The notes: generated by a model not told the origin, from the letters alone. A stretch of DNA of 64,000 nucleotides from an uncultured Candidatus Saccharibacteria bacterium (GCA_964634365.1 CAZWJU010000002.1:103150-167149), one strand, 5' to 3'. Shown: positions 9,747 through 20,222, numbered from the stretch's first letter. Numbers and translations are program-made.

Positions 9747-10547
9747 CTAAATATTTTTGAACTTATTTACTAGTTCATCTTCCTCGTTTTTTGAAAATAC
9801 TTTTTTATATTTTACTCCACTTTTACCTGTAACTCTCTTTTTACACTCATCCCAAGTTTTATCTTTATATATCTTCCCATCTACCAAGCTAACATATGAA
9901 TACGCCGGTTTAGTACTCTTAGATTTAGTTTTTTTACTTTTCAATACAGGATTCAAATCTTTAGCTGCTCTTAGTTCTGTTGGGTGAATACCTAAGTCAA
10001 AACCAAAAAGATTTTCATAATCTAGAAGTGTACCTGTAAACAAAAGTACATGCTCTCCTAGAGCACTCTTTGTGGCGATCTCGTCTACGCGCTCGTTTGC
10101 AACTAGACCTGCGTGACCTTTTACTTTCTGCCAGATTATCTCACGCTCACGAGATAATTTTGCTTTGTATGTAATAGCAAGCAATCTTTTCCAAATTTCT
10201 TGGTTGGCTACATCATTTCCCTCTTTTGTTTTCCATCCATTTTTTTCCCAAGCATAAATCCAAGATTCTATACCTTGTAGTAGATAACTGGAGTCAGTGT
10301 GTAGCGCAATATTGCCTTTAATAGCGCGATTTTTTACTTCTTCGAGAGCTCTCAGGGCACCGGTAAGTTCCATTGCGTTGTTGGTTGTGTGCTCATCTTT
10401 GCCTCCAAGCTCAATTATCTTTACGTGCTTTTTCCAATCTGCAGATTCTGAATTTTCAGACTTAATAATCAAAATAGCCCCCCATCCACCAGGACCTGGA
10501 TTCCCTCTAGATGATCCATCTGTATATATTTCTATGCCGTATTGCAT
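9747..10547 (-). CDS. rnhA: Ribonuclease HI with C-terminal viroplasmin-like hybrid-binding domain
   Basis: YTDGSSRGNPGPGGWG, TTNNAMEL, TDSSY, VKGHAG..NERVD; tail TWDECKKRVTGKSGVKYKK; start moved to ATG 10547 (TATAAT 7 nt upstream). Confidence 0.9.
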   Translation of the reverse strand: MQYGIEIYTDGSSRGNPGPGGWGAILIIKSENSESADWKKHVKIIELGGKDEHTTNNAMELTGALRALEEVKNRAIKGNIALHTDSSYLLQGIESWIYAWEKNGWKTKEGNDVANQEIWKRLLAITYKAKLSREREIIWQKVKGHAGLVANERVDEIATKSALGEHVLLFTGTLLDYENLFGFDLGIHPTELRAAKDLNPVLKSKKTKSKSTKPAYSYVSLVDGKIYKDKTWDECKKRVTGKSGVKYKKVFSKNEEDELVNKFKNI

Positions 10548-10712
10548 AAAAGCCATTATAATTGACAAACCTAATTTATGCTATGATTTAATAGGATATG
10601 AGATTTTTGACCTTTGGTCTTTGTCACAGAATGAGCAATCATTCGTAATATAGTATGTAAGGTAAAAAGCCTTATATTTAAAAGCATTAATCTTAACTAA
10701 TATAAAATATAT

Positions 10713-11174
10713 ATGAAAAACAAATTAGCAATCGGAGCATTGGCTCTAGCAGTATTATTTACAAGCTCTAGTGCCCTCGCTGCAAAGCCAGAAGGCCTAT
10801 CATCTTTCAAAGGACGTCTAGATAGTCTAGTTGTCCGCATGGATGGAATCCTAGATAGATTCGAAGCTTTCATGGTAAAAGCAGAAGAAAAGGGTTATGA
10901 CACATCAAAAGCTGAAGTAGCTTACGATGAGGTTATAGCAAAGCAAAACACTGCAAAAGCTGAAGTAGAAGCTCTAAAGACTCTAATCGATGAAGCAATA
11001 GCAGGTGGCGTAACAACTCCAACAGTTGAAATACGAACTCAAACTAAAGAAGCAAAAGATGCACTTATGGCTTACAGAGATTCTGTAAAAGAATTGCGTG
11101 ATGAACTAAGAGAAGCGATTGAAAACAAGAAAGGAGAAGCAGAAGACGCACCAGTAGACGAACCAGCTCTCTAA
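10713..11174 (+). CDS. Secreted helical/coiled-coil hypothetical protein
   Basis: Signal peptide (ALA-AK); amphipathic helices. Confidence 0.75.
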   Translation: MKNKLAIGALALAVLFTSSSALAAKPEGLSSFKGRLDSLVVRMDGILDRFEAFMVKAEEKGYDTSKAEVAYDEVIAKQNTAKAEVEALKTLIDEAIAGGVTTPTVEIRTQTKEAKDALMAYRDSVKELRDELREAIENKKGEAEDAPVDEPAL

Positions 11175-11263
11175 TACAATTATCATTAAAAAGTATTAAA
11201 ATTAACAATAGTTATAGAAAATGCACACCGAAAAAAATCTGTGTGCATTTCTATTTTAAAAAT

Positions 11264-11506
11264 ATGAAATCACAAAAAGGCAATTCAATTATTTGGGTTC
11301 TTGTAGTAATAGTAATACTAGTGGGTGTGTATTTCGTAATGAAAGCAAACAAAGGTGGTGAGTTCAATTATGAAACACAACCAACAAACACTGGCGTTTC
11401 AGGAGGAGGAATAGTAGAAGAAACATCAGATTTATCAGCTGAACTCAACTCTATTGGCGCAGATTTAGATAGTGTTGATGTGGAGGGTGTAGATTCAGAT
11501 TTATAA
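11264..11506 (+). CDS. Small membrane protein with class III (pilin-like) signal
   Basis: MKSQKG/NSIIWVLVVIVILVG; acidic tail; start moved to ATG 11264. Confidence 0.65.
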   Translation: MKSQKGNSIIWVLVVIVILVGVYFVMKANKGGEFNYETQPTNTGVSGGGIVEETSDLSAELNSIGADLDSVDVEGVDSDL

Positions 11507-11519
11507 TCAAAATATAAAA

Positions 11520-11552
11520 TAAAAACTCGCACATGTGTGCGAGTTTTTATTT
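11520..11552. terminator. Bidirectional intrinsic terminator
   Basis: AAAAACTCGCAC/GTGCGAGTTTTT. Confidence 0.75.
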
Positions 11553-13199
11553 TATATCAACTATCCGCAGGCGAAGCTCTTCCCTGCCAGCAAAACGAGA
11601 TAGCTCAAATGTTCCGTACAGGTCTATATTAAAACCATCTGACAAGTTGGCGTACTCGCTTGGTGAATCAAAAAAAGATATGGCCTTAATTTTTTTATTC
11701 CCAGTAGACACGGTCAGTTCTAAATGATTTTTTTCTTTGCCAAATTGTTTTGTAGATTCTACTTTTACATTCTTAAATAAAAAAACTGGTTTTGGATTGC
11801 CTAAACCATACGGAGCTAACTGTTCTATAGCCTTATAGTTTTTTTTGTTTATATCATCAATACTCAGACAAGCATCATACGCTACGTCATCTATTTTTAG
11901 ATCCCTCTTTACTGTAGAAAATTTAGATACTAATTTTTCTTCTAGAAAATGTATATGTTCGCTTTTAACACTAAAACCGCCAGCAAGCTCGTGTCCGCCA
12001 AAACTAGCAAAAGATTCAGTTTCTAGTTCCATAAGCTCAACTATGTTTACACTCCCGTCTGATCTACAAGAACCCTTTATCGGAGCGTCGTCTTCTTGAC
12101 TACCCCCCTCTCTACCCCATACAAAAGCTGGGCGTTTATAGGTCTCACATATTTTTGAAGCAACAAGCCCTAGCACCCCAATTCGCCAAGATGGATTACC
12201 GATAACTATTACTGATGAAAGTTCTCTTTTTTCTAAATTCTTGTGAACCTCTTTCATTATGCTTGCGACTATTGTCTTCCTCTCGTCATTTATATTTGTT
12301 AAATATTCAGCAAAACCTTGTGCCTTTGAAGGATCTTTTTCTGCAAGCATCATAAAAGCACTCTTAGGAGAAGCCATACGTGAAGCAGCGTTTAGTCTAG
12401 GTGTTAGAGAAAAAGTTATATCTTCTTCGGTTAAATAGCGCATATTTATTCCTGCGCTTTTAAATAAATGCACCAATCCTGGTCTAGGAGATTTACGCAT
12501 CACATGAAGACCCCAATAGGCAATTGTCCGGTTTTCATCGACAAGAGGAACCATGTCTGAAAGTGTCGCAAGACCCGCCATATCAAGAAGCCATTTTTCC
12601 CACCCAGCTTTTATATTCCAGTATTCTCCATATTTTTTTATCAACGCACATACAACCTTGAACGCAACACCTGCACCGCAAAGTCCACTAAACGGATAAT
12701 CTGTATCGTATTTAGGATTAATAATCGCAAAAGCTCGCGGGACTTCTGCATGTGGTAGGTGATGGTCAGTTATAATCACATCAACGCCAGAAACTTTTGC
12801 ATCCCTAACTTCGTCGACTGCTGTTATACCTAAGTCTACGGTAATAATCAGTGACACACCTTGTCTGATAAATTCATCGACTGCGTTTTTGTGTAAACCA
12901 TAACCTTCGTCGTGGCGATCTGGAATATATATATCAAAATTTTCATAACCAATTTTCTGAAAAAAATCATTGAATATAACCGCCCCAGGGATACCGTCTG
13001 CGTCATAATCTGCGTACACAACTATTTTCTGTTTTTGTTCTATAGCCTCAAATATGCGCACGCAGGCACGCTCCATATCTTTAAATAAAAATGGGTCATG
13101 CAGAGTTTTTTCATAATCTGGTAATAAAAAAGATTCCGTCTTTTCTTCTGTTATCCCTCTGTTTTCTAATAGTTTTCTTAATAGTTCGTCTGCTTGCAT
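11547..13199 (-). CDS. recJ: Single-stranded-DNA-specific exonuclease RecJ
   Basis: DYDADG, PDRHDEGYG, TDHH, PRLNAASR, GGHELAGG; start moved to ATG 13199. Confidence 0.95.
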   Translation of the reverse strand: MQADELLRKLLENRGITEEKTESFLLPDYEKTLHDPFLFKDMERACVRIFEAIEQKQKIVVYADYDADGIPGAVIFNDFFQKIGYENFDIYIPDRHDEGYGLHKNAVDEFIRQGVSLIITVDLGITAVDEVRDAKVSGVDVIITDHHLPHAEVPRAFAIINPKYDTDYPFSGLCGAGVAFKVVCALIKKYGEYWNIKAGWEKWLLDMAGLATLSDMVPLVDENRTIAYWGLHVMRKSPRPGLVHLFKSAGINMRYLTEEDITFSLTPRLNAASRMASPKSAFMMLAEKDPSKAQGFAEYLTNINDERKTIVASIMKEVHKNLEKRELSSVIVIGNPSWRIGVLGLVASKICETYKRPAFVWGREGGSQEDDAPIKGSCRSDGSVNIVELMELETESFASFGGHELAGGFSVKSEHIHFLEEKLVSKFSTVKRDLKIDDVAYDACLSIDDINKKNYKAIEQLAPYGLGNPKPVFLFKNVKVESTKQFGKEKNHLELTVSTGNKKIKAISFFDSPSEYANLSDGFNIDLYGTFELSRFAGREELRLRIVDIK

Positions 13200-13280
13200 A
13201 GAGATGATTGTAACACACAAGACACTTCTACCGCTCAAAAAGCACTAGCCCAAAAGAGAGTGTTGTGGTATTGTTTTTTT

Positions 13281-13688
13281 ATGGAAAATTGTATCTTTTG
13301 TAAGATAATTGCCGGAGAAATCCCTTGCAACAAAGTATACGAAGATGAAAATAGCTTCGCATTTTTGGATGTCAACCCTATAAATCCTGGTCATACTCTT
13401 CTTATACCAAAAGAGCACCATGAAAATTTACACGAAATGCCAGATCAGTTACTTGAAAAAATAACCCCTGTGGTTAAAAAAATAGCCACTGCTATAAAAA
13501 CAGGAGTTTCAGCCAGCGGAATAAACATAGGACAAAATAACGGCAAAAGTGCTGGACAAGTTATATTCCACTATCATATACACATAATCCCTCGCTTTGA
13601 CAATGATGGCCTAAAACACTGGCCAGGCAAGCCCTATGTACTGGGTGAAGCAGAAGAGATAGCTGAAAAAATCAAAAGTGTATTATAG
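13281..13688 (+). CDS. HIT family nucleotide hydrolase
   Basis: MENCIFCKII, GHTLLIPK, AGQVIFHYHIHIIPR. Confidence 0.93.
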   Translation: MENCIFCKIIAGEIPCNKVYEDENSFAFLDVNPINPGHTLLIPKEHHENLHEMPDQLLEKITPVVKKIATAIKTGVSASGINIGQNNGKSAGQVIFHYHIHIIPRFDNDGLKHWPGKPYVLGEAEEIAEKIKSVL

Positions 13689-13718
13689 AAAATCCCCCAT
13701 CAAGGGGGATTTATTTTT

Positions 13719-13991
13719 TCAGGATGTAGTTTTTTCTTCTGGGATTGGGATTAATGGCAGTGCGATTTCTTTCCCTTTTTCGGTGATATTCCATTGTCCA
13801 AGGCGTTTATCACCCTTGGCAATCAATTCTTCTGACTCAAGACCTCTCATAATCTCAGCTACCAATAGGACCTTGGGAGATCTTGGGTCACTTTTAAACT
13901 TTTCAATAATATCGCCAATCTTTAGCGAACCACCATTTTCCTCCAGAATAACAAGGATCAATTCATGATCTTTAAGTTGTTGTTGCGTCAT
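13719..13991 (-). CDS. Small winged-helix-like hypothetical protein
   Basis: ILVILEENGG...LESEELI...WNITEKGKE pattern; own consensus promoter. Confidence 0.6.
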   Translation of the reverse strand: MTQQQLKDHELILVILEENGGSLKIGDIIEKFKSDPRSPKVLLVAEIMRGLESEELIAKGDKRLGQWNITEKGKEIALPLIPIPEEKTTS

Positions 13992-14011
13992 ATTCAGTTG
14001 TATTTGCCAAA

Positions 14012-14039
14012 ATTATACTTTTTTTATAGAAATTGTCAA
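14012..14039 (-). promoter_or_regulatory. sigma70 promoter TTGACA-16-TATAAT
   Basis: Perfect hexamers upstream of 13991. Confidence 0.75.
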
Positions 14040-14050
14040 AAAAGTATAAT

Positions 14051-15430
14051 TTATTGTATTCTATAGCTCCAAAGAATCCCGTCTTTTTTATTTGTAAAGA
14101 AAATATATTTTTCGCTTCCGTCCAAGAAAAGATTTGTCATATCAATAGTTGTATTCAAAATACTAGCTGGATCAATCAAAGTATAGTAGACACTAGTATC
14201 CAAATTCATACTCCAAAGAGCATCCTCAAAAGATACTCGCCCTTGATACCAGACATCAGGATATGTTCCAGAAGAAAAACTTTTTGGCACAGCACAGAAA
14301 ACAGTAATACTATCTTTTGACCACACACACTTTTCTGGCAAAGTAGACATCCCTAGATCTGTGGTTAATTTTGTATTCAAATCATAAGAATAAAGTCTTA
14401 CTCCATTTGCAACAGACGCACTATATAAAACTTTTTTACCATCAGGGCTCATTTTTGTAGTTAAACCTACGATTCCACCAAGCACCTTATCAAAGCTTTT
14501 TTTGTTTACATCTACAGAATACATATATCCTGCGGTAATTCCTGAAGGCTTTGTAGTAAGAGTTATGGTTGATTGGTTTGGCCAAAATGATAACCATTCG
14601 GAAAGTGAAGATTCAAAAACTTGAGATTTTTTACCACCAAGAAAATCTTCTGTTATACCCACAACTCCACCAACTACAGGCTCGATAGTAAAAAATCTAG
14701 TTTTATCAGGTGAAACTGAAACATCTGTTATTCCTTCGACTAAAAAATTACCTTTCAAATCTTTAATCTCAGATGGATTCTGACTATCACCACCATCTGC
14801 AAAAACGCTAGGAGATGAAAGTGTAGCGAGATAGGTTTGTATCTTATTTGTACCATCTTCTAAATATCTAAATACAACAGATTCTCCGTTTGTGTTCCAG
14901 TAAGTATCATATATTCTAGGTATAGTTGTGTTAGAAACTCTCGTTTCAGTCAATGAGTCAGTATAAGTTTGATATATATGTGCAGTTGATTGCTCCATAT
15001 ATCTTATGGCTGTTACATCTTCTGTTATTGTCTCTTCTGTAGGCGCAGGCTCTGTTGTAAGAGGATCGCCACCAGCATCCCCTTCAATTGGAGCAGGAGG
15101 TATCGGGATTGTGCGTGTTCTTTGTGTTAAAAATGCTGTTGCACCAGAAACAGGAAAAGTTGAAATCTGTCTAAATCTCGGCACGACGACCTCACCATTT
15201 TCATCCACTTCGACTACTCCAGTATCTACAACATCATCATTTGTATCGTTACCTATTGTATTTCCACCCCGATCAGTTAACGATGGAAAAGGAAACAGAT
15301 CTGACAAATTAAAACCATTGCCATCTCCGCTAGGAGTCGTATTTTTATTCTTAAAAAATACAGCTAAAAAAACAATCAAAATGATTACAAATATAGAAAC
15401 TGTAATTAAAATTAATTTATTTTTAGACAT
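14051..15430 (-). CDS. Membrane-anchored beta-propeller (TolB-like) protein
   Basis: N-terminal TM; SVSPDK and MSPDGKKVLY blades. Confidence 0.7.
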   Translation of the reverse strand: MSKNKLILITVSIFVIILIVFLAVFFKNKNTTPSGDGNGFNLSDLFPFPSLTDRGGNTIGNDTNDDVVDTGVVEVDENGEVVVPRFRQISTFPVSGATAFLTQRTRTIPIPPAPIEGDAGGDPLTTEPAPTEETITEDVTAIRYMEQSTAHIYQTYTDSLTETRVSNTTIPRIYDTYWNTNGESVVFRYLEDGTNKIQTYLATLSSPSVFADGGDSQNPSEIKDLKGNFLVEGITDVSVSPDKTRFFTIEPVVGGVVGITEDFLGGKKSQVFESSLSEWLSFWPNQSTITLTTKPSGITAGYMYSVDVNKKSFDKVLGGIVGLTTKMSPDGKKVLYSASVANGVRLYSYDLNTKLTTDLGMSTLPEKCVWSKDSITVFCAVPKSFSSGTYPDVWYQGRVSFEDALWSMNLDTSVYYTLIDPASILNTTIDMTNLFLDGSEKYIFFTNKKDGILWSYRIQ

Positions 15431-15442
15431 TATTTTAATAAA

Positions 15443-16684
15443 CTATTTTCCATCAACTGACCAGTGCCAAGGTTCTTTACTAAAATTTATCAAAGTAGGA
15501 TTGTTGCTTTTGTTTGAAAGCCATACAAAGCATGTATTTGATTGACTTGTTATTCCACCTCCGTCACATCTAAAATCAATCGCGAGACCACTTTCATGAT
15601 TTGAATAACCAGGATAGGCTGTTGGTGGCTTACAAATTGCATTTTCATTGTAAATATTTGCTTCTCCACAATTCTCAGCCCGCAGAGCAACTTGCTCTTC
15701 ATGTGTTCTAAATCCACCACCAGATAGTTTTACTCCTTCGCTCCAAGCTTTGTTAATCATAGTCTGCATCGCGGCTGATATTCTTTGACATACATACATA
15801 TTACCACCACTTGTCTCAATATTAACAATTCCCTCAGGACATTGTGCTACGGCACCGGCTGGTATAGGACCAGTATCGTTGAGCTCAAATGGATTATATG
15901 TTTCTTCTTCGTATGCAAGATCAACACCTTTTATCCCAAGATGTAGATTTATAAGGTTCGGATTTATTGTGTTCAATATCAAGTAACTAGCCAACGCAAG
16001 CAGTAAGCCACCGAGTGCATAAGTAATCCGTTCCCTACCCTCACTTTTACCAGAAAGTGCATCTGTAGACATATACTGAATACCTCCTAGCACCATCATG
16101 ATCACAGCCAGTGCTCCAGCAAATCCAATAGTAAATTTTATAATTATATTCAAATAATCTCCTAAGTCGGTGTTTGCTGGATTAACTTCAGATATTCCAG
16201 GTATAGGTGCGAGCAAGCAATATGAATCGCTACCACTTGCACAATTAGTACTTGAAGTTGTTGTTCCAGAACCACTAAGATCGAGAGCATCTTTCCCATC
16301 AACAACGTCAACAGCTACGAGAGGTGTAGTGAAAGAATCTACAGTAGTGAGTTTTATTGTATTATCAGCCCCATCTACAAACTGATAATAGTATGTAGTG
16401 TTTGGTGTGAGCCCTGTTATAGAACCGGAAAAAGATCCATCAGCAGATGGTGTAATAGTAGGACCTGAGTTTGTTAGTGATGTAGAAGTTGTACCCCATT
16501 TAGGAACCATAGAGAAACCAGGCTCTGCTTCTACAACATCCCCTCCAAAAGAAAGAGAAGTTGGGTTTAGGTCTATTTCTCCAGAATCAATAAAAACATC
16601 GACAGCATGTGCACTCTTTGAATAAAGCAATCCTAGAAATAAAATCGCGGATAAGAATATTTTATATTTTTTAAAAATGATCAT
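15443..16684 (-). CDS. TrbC/VirB2-like pilin domain fused to M15B (VanY-like) D,D-peptidase
   Basis: Pilin hairpin GALAVIMMVLGGIQYM...GRERITYALGGLLLAL..LILNTINP; GFRTHEEQ, SNHESGLAID, EPWHW. Confidence 0.85.
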   Translation of the reverse strand: MIIFKKYKIFLSAILFLGLLYSKSAHAVDVFIDSGEIDLNPTSLSFGGDVVEAEPGFSMVPKWGTTSTSLTNSGPTITPSADGSFSGSITGLTPNTTYYYQFVDGADNTIKLTTVDSFTTPLVAVDVVDGKDALDLSGSGTTTSSTNCASGSDSYCLLAPIPGISEVNPANTDLGDYLNIIIKFTIGFAGALAVIMMVLGGIQYMSTDALSGKSEGRERITYALGGLLLALASYLILNTINPNLINLHLGIKGVDLAYEEETYNPFELNDTGPIPAGAVAQCPEGIVNIETSGGNMYVCQRISAAMQTMINKAWSEGVKLSGGGFRTHEEQVALRAENCGEANIYNENAICKPPTAYPGYSNHESGLAIDFRCDGGGITSQSNTCFVWLSNKSNNPTLINFSKEPWHWSVDGK

Positions 16685-16688
16685 AATT

Positions 16689-17687
16689 TTAAAGATTAAC
16701 GTTTAGAGTTTTTTCTGCTGATTGAAAAAGTCTAGGCTTACTTTCAATTGATAAATTGATAAAAGCATTTCCACTAGCTCCAGCAGGTTTTCTGACAACT
16801 AAAGTATTTTTAGGATCTTGATTGTCGATTCTTGTGCCGTTGATTTTCCATTCATAATCAAGATCAGTAGAAAGTGCGTTTTTTGGAGAAAAGAAGTAAG
16901 GTTCCGCGATAATAGTTGTTTCATCTTTTCCTAAAGAAAAATACTCGCCAAGATTTTTCCTATAATTCACACCAGACAAAGGGTTGTATTCATAAAAACC
17001 AATAAATGGAGAATATGTTCTGATCGTAGATATCTTTTGAGCAGACAGACCTCCGCTGATAGCTGTTGCTTTCAGTGAGATAGTCTCTGTTGTGTTCAAG
17101 TAGCTAGATTTAAAAATAAAAGAATCTTTTGAATACCCAGAGAAGTTTGGCAGTGCGTTGAAGTTTCTTTCCCATGAAAAAGTTAAATCATTTTTAGATA
17201 GCTTAGTACTCCCCAATTTCATATCTGGTATGCCGACGACTTTAATTACAGCCTCAGAAGACGGCAACGCTTTGCCTTTATAAAAAGGTGGAGTGTATGA
17301 ATCTACCGCTTCCCATATCAAATCAATAGTCGAAGGTTCAATTGATATTGTCTTAACTAAAGTTGACCCTCTAAAAACAATTACTGCTTCTACTGCAGTT
17401 TTAGAACCACTAGCTCCAGAATTTAGAGTATATGAAGTAGCACCATTTCTTGATAAAACAGTTTTACCTGAAACTTTCCATGTAATTAGTGAGCTATTTA
17501 AATCTATAGCGTAGCTAGTGAGTTTGATTGTAACTTGTTCGTTTGGACCAGGTATTTCTGGTGTAATTTCTGCTATAACATCACTTCCGACAAGTGCTTC
17601 TGAGTAAAGTGGTGCAGAAAACATAATCACAGAGAAAATTGTGACTGAAAAAATAGAATAGAGTAGGCAATATCGCTTTTTATTCAT
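16689..17687 (-). CDS. Secreted Ig-like-repeat hypothetical protein of the T4SS-like cluster
   Basis: Signal peptide; three beta-rich units with Y/F-x-W motifs; start moved to ATG 17687. Confidence 0.7.
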   Translation of the reverse strand: MNKKRYCLLYSIFSVTIFSVIMFSAPLYSEALVGSDVIAEITPEIPGPNEQVTIKLTSYAIDLNSSLITWKVSGKTVLSRNGATSYTLNSGASGSKTAVEAVIVFRGSTLVKTISIEPSTIDLIWEAVDSYTPPFYKGKALPSSEAVIKVVGIPDMKLGSTKLSKNDLTFSWERNFNALPNFSGYSKDSFIFKSSYLNTTETISLKATAISGGLSAQKISTIRTYSPFIGFYEYNPLSGVNYRKNLGEYFSLGKDETTIIAEPYFFSPKNALSTDLDYEWKINGTRIDNQDPKNTLVVRKPAGASGNAFINLSIESKPRLFQSAEKTLNVNL

Positions 17688-17726
17688 TAAAACTATTATA
17701 AAATAAGCACCTATTGTATACAAGGA

Positions 17727-19553
17727 CTAACTAGAAGCTTCCTCCAAATCCTTTTTAGCCTTTTGTATAGCCAGAACCTGGGATGGATCAGAAGTTATAA
17801 TCTGGTCTTCGGTATATGAAGCAATAACCTTTATAGCTACGTGCTTCAATCCAGCAAAGAATATACCCTCTCCCACTCCACTCTCTAGGAGCAAATACTT
17901 TTCTTCATCGGTTAAGTTAAAAGTCTTCTGTAATACATCTATTGAACTAGGAGATTGTTTCAAGAGTAGCTGGATGGACGAGTTTGTAACAATCGGTAGT
18001 CCATATGGACTCTTCAAGAAGTCTCCTACGTCTTGAGTAATAGTCATCAATCCTAAATAGTATTTTCTTCCACGTTTTGCGATTGAGTACAGGAAAGATG
18101 CTGTGTCTTCACTTTTCATCATCCACCAAGCCTCGTCCACCACAAGCAATCTCTTGCGAAGATTCTTACGCACAGCGTTCCAGATATAGTGAGTAACTAT
18201 ATACATTGCTACAGGCTTAAGTTCGTCTTCCATATCGCGCACTGAAAACACCACAAACTTTTTGTTGATATCTACGTTTGAAGGTTGGTTCAAAAATCCT
18301 GCCCAGCTACCTCGAGTATATTTTTGCAACTTCTGAACTATAGACTCTGTGTTCTCCATACCAGAGAGAACCATTTCAAAGTCAGACAAAAGTGGTGGCT
18401 CAATATTTGAAAAGTCAGAATTTGCAGTGATATCTTTGATAGCATAAGTTTCAGTTATTGCTCTGTCGATAATCGCATCTTCTTCTGGAGTAAGACCTCC
18501 GAGCATTATACGGAAAAGACCTACTAGATTGATTGTGTTTGATCTTAGGACATCACTAGCGGTTTCATCTTCGCGAGGTATAGGTAAGTCAAAAGGGTTT
18601 ATGTGGTGGTCAGATGATAGAGATATATTGAAATATCTTCCCCCTACTGCTTCTGCCAAATATTCGTATTCACGCTCTGGGTCGATTACAATCACCTCTG
18701 TATCAAACATGAGTGTACGGATAAGCTCTAGTTTTGTTGCATAAGATTTACCAGAACCAGACTTAGCAAAAGTAATAGAGTTGTAGTTTTCTAGAGAAAA
18801 GCGATCAAATATAACTAGACTAGAATTGTGACGGTTCACGCCGTACAAAATCCCCTTGTCACTAGTTAGGTCAAAAGAAACAAACGGAAAAATACTAGAA
18901 AGAGGTTCGGAGTTTAATTTCTGATGAACACCGAGTAGGTCTGTACCTATTGGAATCACACTCTTGAAGCCTTCTTCTTGTTGAAATAGTGCTGGCTTTA
19001 GATACACGAGCTTAGCATCCAGGATTGATTTGATTTCATTTTCTAATTTGAAAAGTTCGTCTTCGTTGTCAGCGTACATGGTTATATACAAACCAACATC
19101 GAACATCTTTTCTTGGGCTTGTTGTAGACTATCGCGCAAAGACTCAAGATCTCTGTAAGCAGTATCAAGCATCGGATCACGCACAAGACCGCGACTCTCT
19201 CGCATATTTATCTGACTCTGCACTTCAGCAACCTTTTTCTGAAATTGACGCAATATAGTAGCTGTATCAATCGGATGCACGAAAAATGAAACGTCGAATA
19301 TTTTGTCTAGATTGATTATAGGAGCAAACCAGTTGTCTGTTAGATATCTTGGATAAGATATAACAAAGAAAGTTCTCGCTATTTTATCTCCCAGGTGCAA
19401 AGCTTTTGGTTCAATTTGAAGTGCTGAAGGTGCAATAACATCCTGAAGTTCGAGTGTTGCAGCTTCATATATCTCGCCTGGCAAAACAGGCAAAACTTGA
19501 TGTTCGTTCGCCTTCTTGCTTGATTTACCTAAAATTTTATCTAAAAGTCCCAT
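17727..19553 (-). CDS. VirB4/TraE-like conjugation ATPase
   Basis: AKSGSGKS Walker A, VIDPEREY, INPFD, LLVVDEAW, KRGRKY, TITQD. Confidence 0.92.
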   Translation of the reverse strand: MGLLDKILGKSSKKANEHQVLPVLPGEIYEAATLELQDVIAPSALQIEPKALHLGDKIARTFFVISYPRYLTDNWFAPIINLDKIFDVSFFVHPIDTATILRQFQKKVAEVQSQINMRESRGLVRDPMLDTAYRDLESLRDSLQQAQEKMFDVGLYITMYADNEDELFKLENEIKSILDAKLVYLKPALFQQEEGFKSVIPIGTDLLGVHQKLNSEPLSSIFPFVSFDLTSDKGILYGVNRHNSSLVIFDRFSLENYNSITFAKSGSGKSYATKLELIRTLMFDTEVIVIDPEREYEYLAEAVGGRYFNISLSSDHHINPFDLPIPREDETASDVLRSNTINLVGLFRIMLGGLTPEEDAIIDRAITETYAIKDITANSDFSNIEPPLLSDFEMVLSGMENTESIVQKLQKYTRGSWAGFLNQPSNVDINKKFVVFSVRDMEDELKPVAMYIVTHYIWNAVRKNLRKRLLVVDEAWWMMKSEDTASFLYSIAKRGRKYYLGLMTITQDVGDFLKSPYGLPIVTNSSIQLLLKQSPSSIDVLQKTFNLTDEEKYLLLESGVGEGIFFAGLKHVAIKVIASYTEDQIITSDPSQVLAIQKAKKDLEEASS

Positions 19554-19555
19554 AA

Positions 19556-20200
19556 TTATATTTTTATATTTTGTTCAGTCTCACCTGGGTTAAATACCTT
19601 ATAAAAAAGCTCTATAACCTCTTCGGTTCCAAGTTTTGTACTACGAACACCGCAACGATTTAAACCCTGCTGCACAACAGATATACGTTGTTCAAGCTGA
19701 GTTCTCTTTTCTTCGAATAGAGAGAGGGCGTCGTTTTTCTGGCTAACTTTGTCGCCGGCGCCAGTAAGGTCAGAAAAAGCTTTTGTTATACTACCCTGTT
19801 TTGATAGGGGCGCTGCAGAATAAGGTACTACTATAAAAAAGTTTTTGGTCATTATGTTAACTTGCTCTGTGAAAGATCTTATGAATTCTATGTATTCTTT
19901 TGTCTGCACCTTGAGCAGAGGCTCAACCTGATCCTTCATGCGATTTTCGAGAGTAAGCAGATACGGCTTTATATCCAGTCTTCGTGACTGGACGATGATC
20001 TGTGTTGAAAATTCTAGGGAGTTTAGAAATGTTTGAAATTGCATTATTATAGCCTGCTGTTCGTCACTTGATTTTAAAGATAGGTTTACAGAAGAAGCCA
20101 TGATCACAGCACGCAAACCTCCGTCTTTAAGCACAACAACACCATCCCGAACTTCTTTGATCGGTACGAATGATTGTGTTGAGCGTGCGTTGATTGCCAT
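19556..20200 (-). CDS. Conjugation-cluster protein resembling a VirB4 N-terminal module
   Basis: SSVNLSLKSSDEQQAII..F..FLNSL motif; lies between PrgI and VirB4. Confidence 0.7.
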   Translation of the reverse strand: MAINARSTQSFVPIKEVRDGVVVLKDGGLRAVIMASSVNLSLKSSDEQQAIIMQFQTFLNSLEFSTQIIVQSRRLDIKPYLLTLENRMKDQVEPLLKVQTKEYIEFIRSFTEQVNIMTKNFFIVVPYSAAPLSKQGSITKAFSDLTGAGDKVSQKNDALSLFEEKRTQLEQRISVVQQGLNRCGVRSTKLGTEEVIELFYKVFNPGETEQNIKI

Positions 20201-20222
20201 AGAGTTTAGTATATCAAATAGT

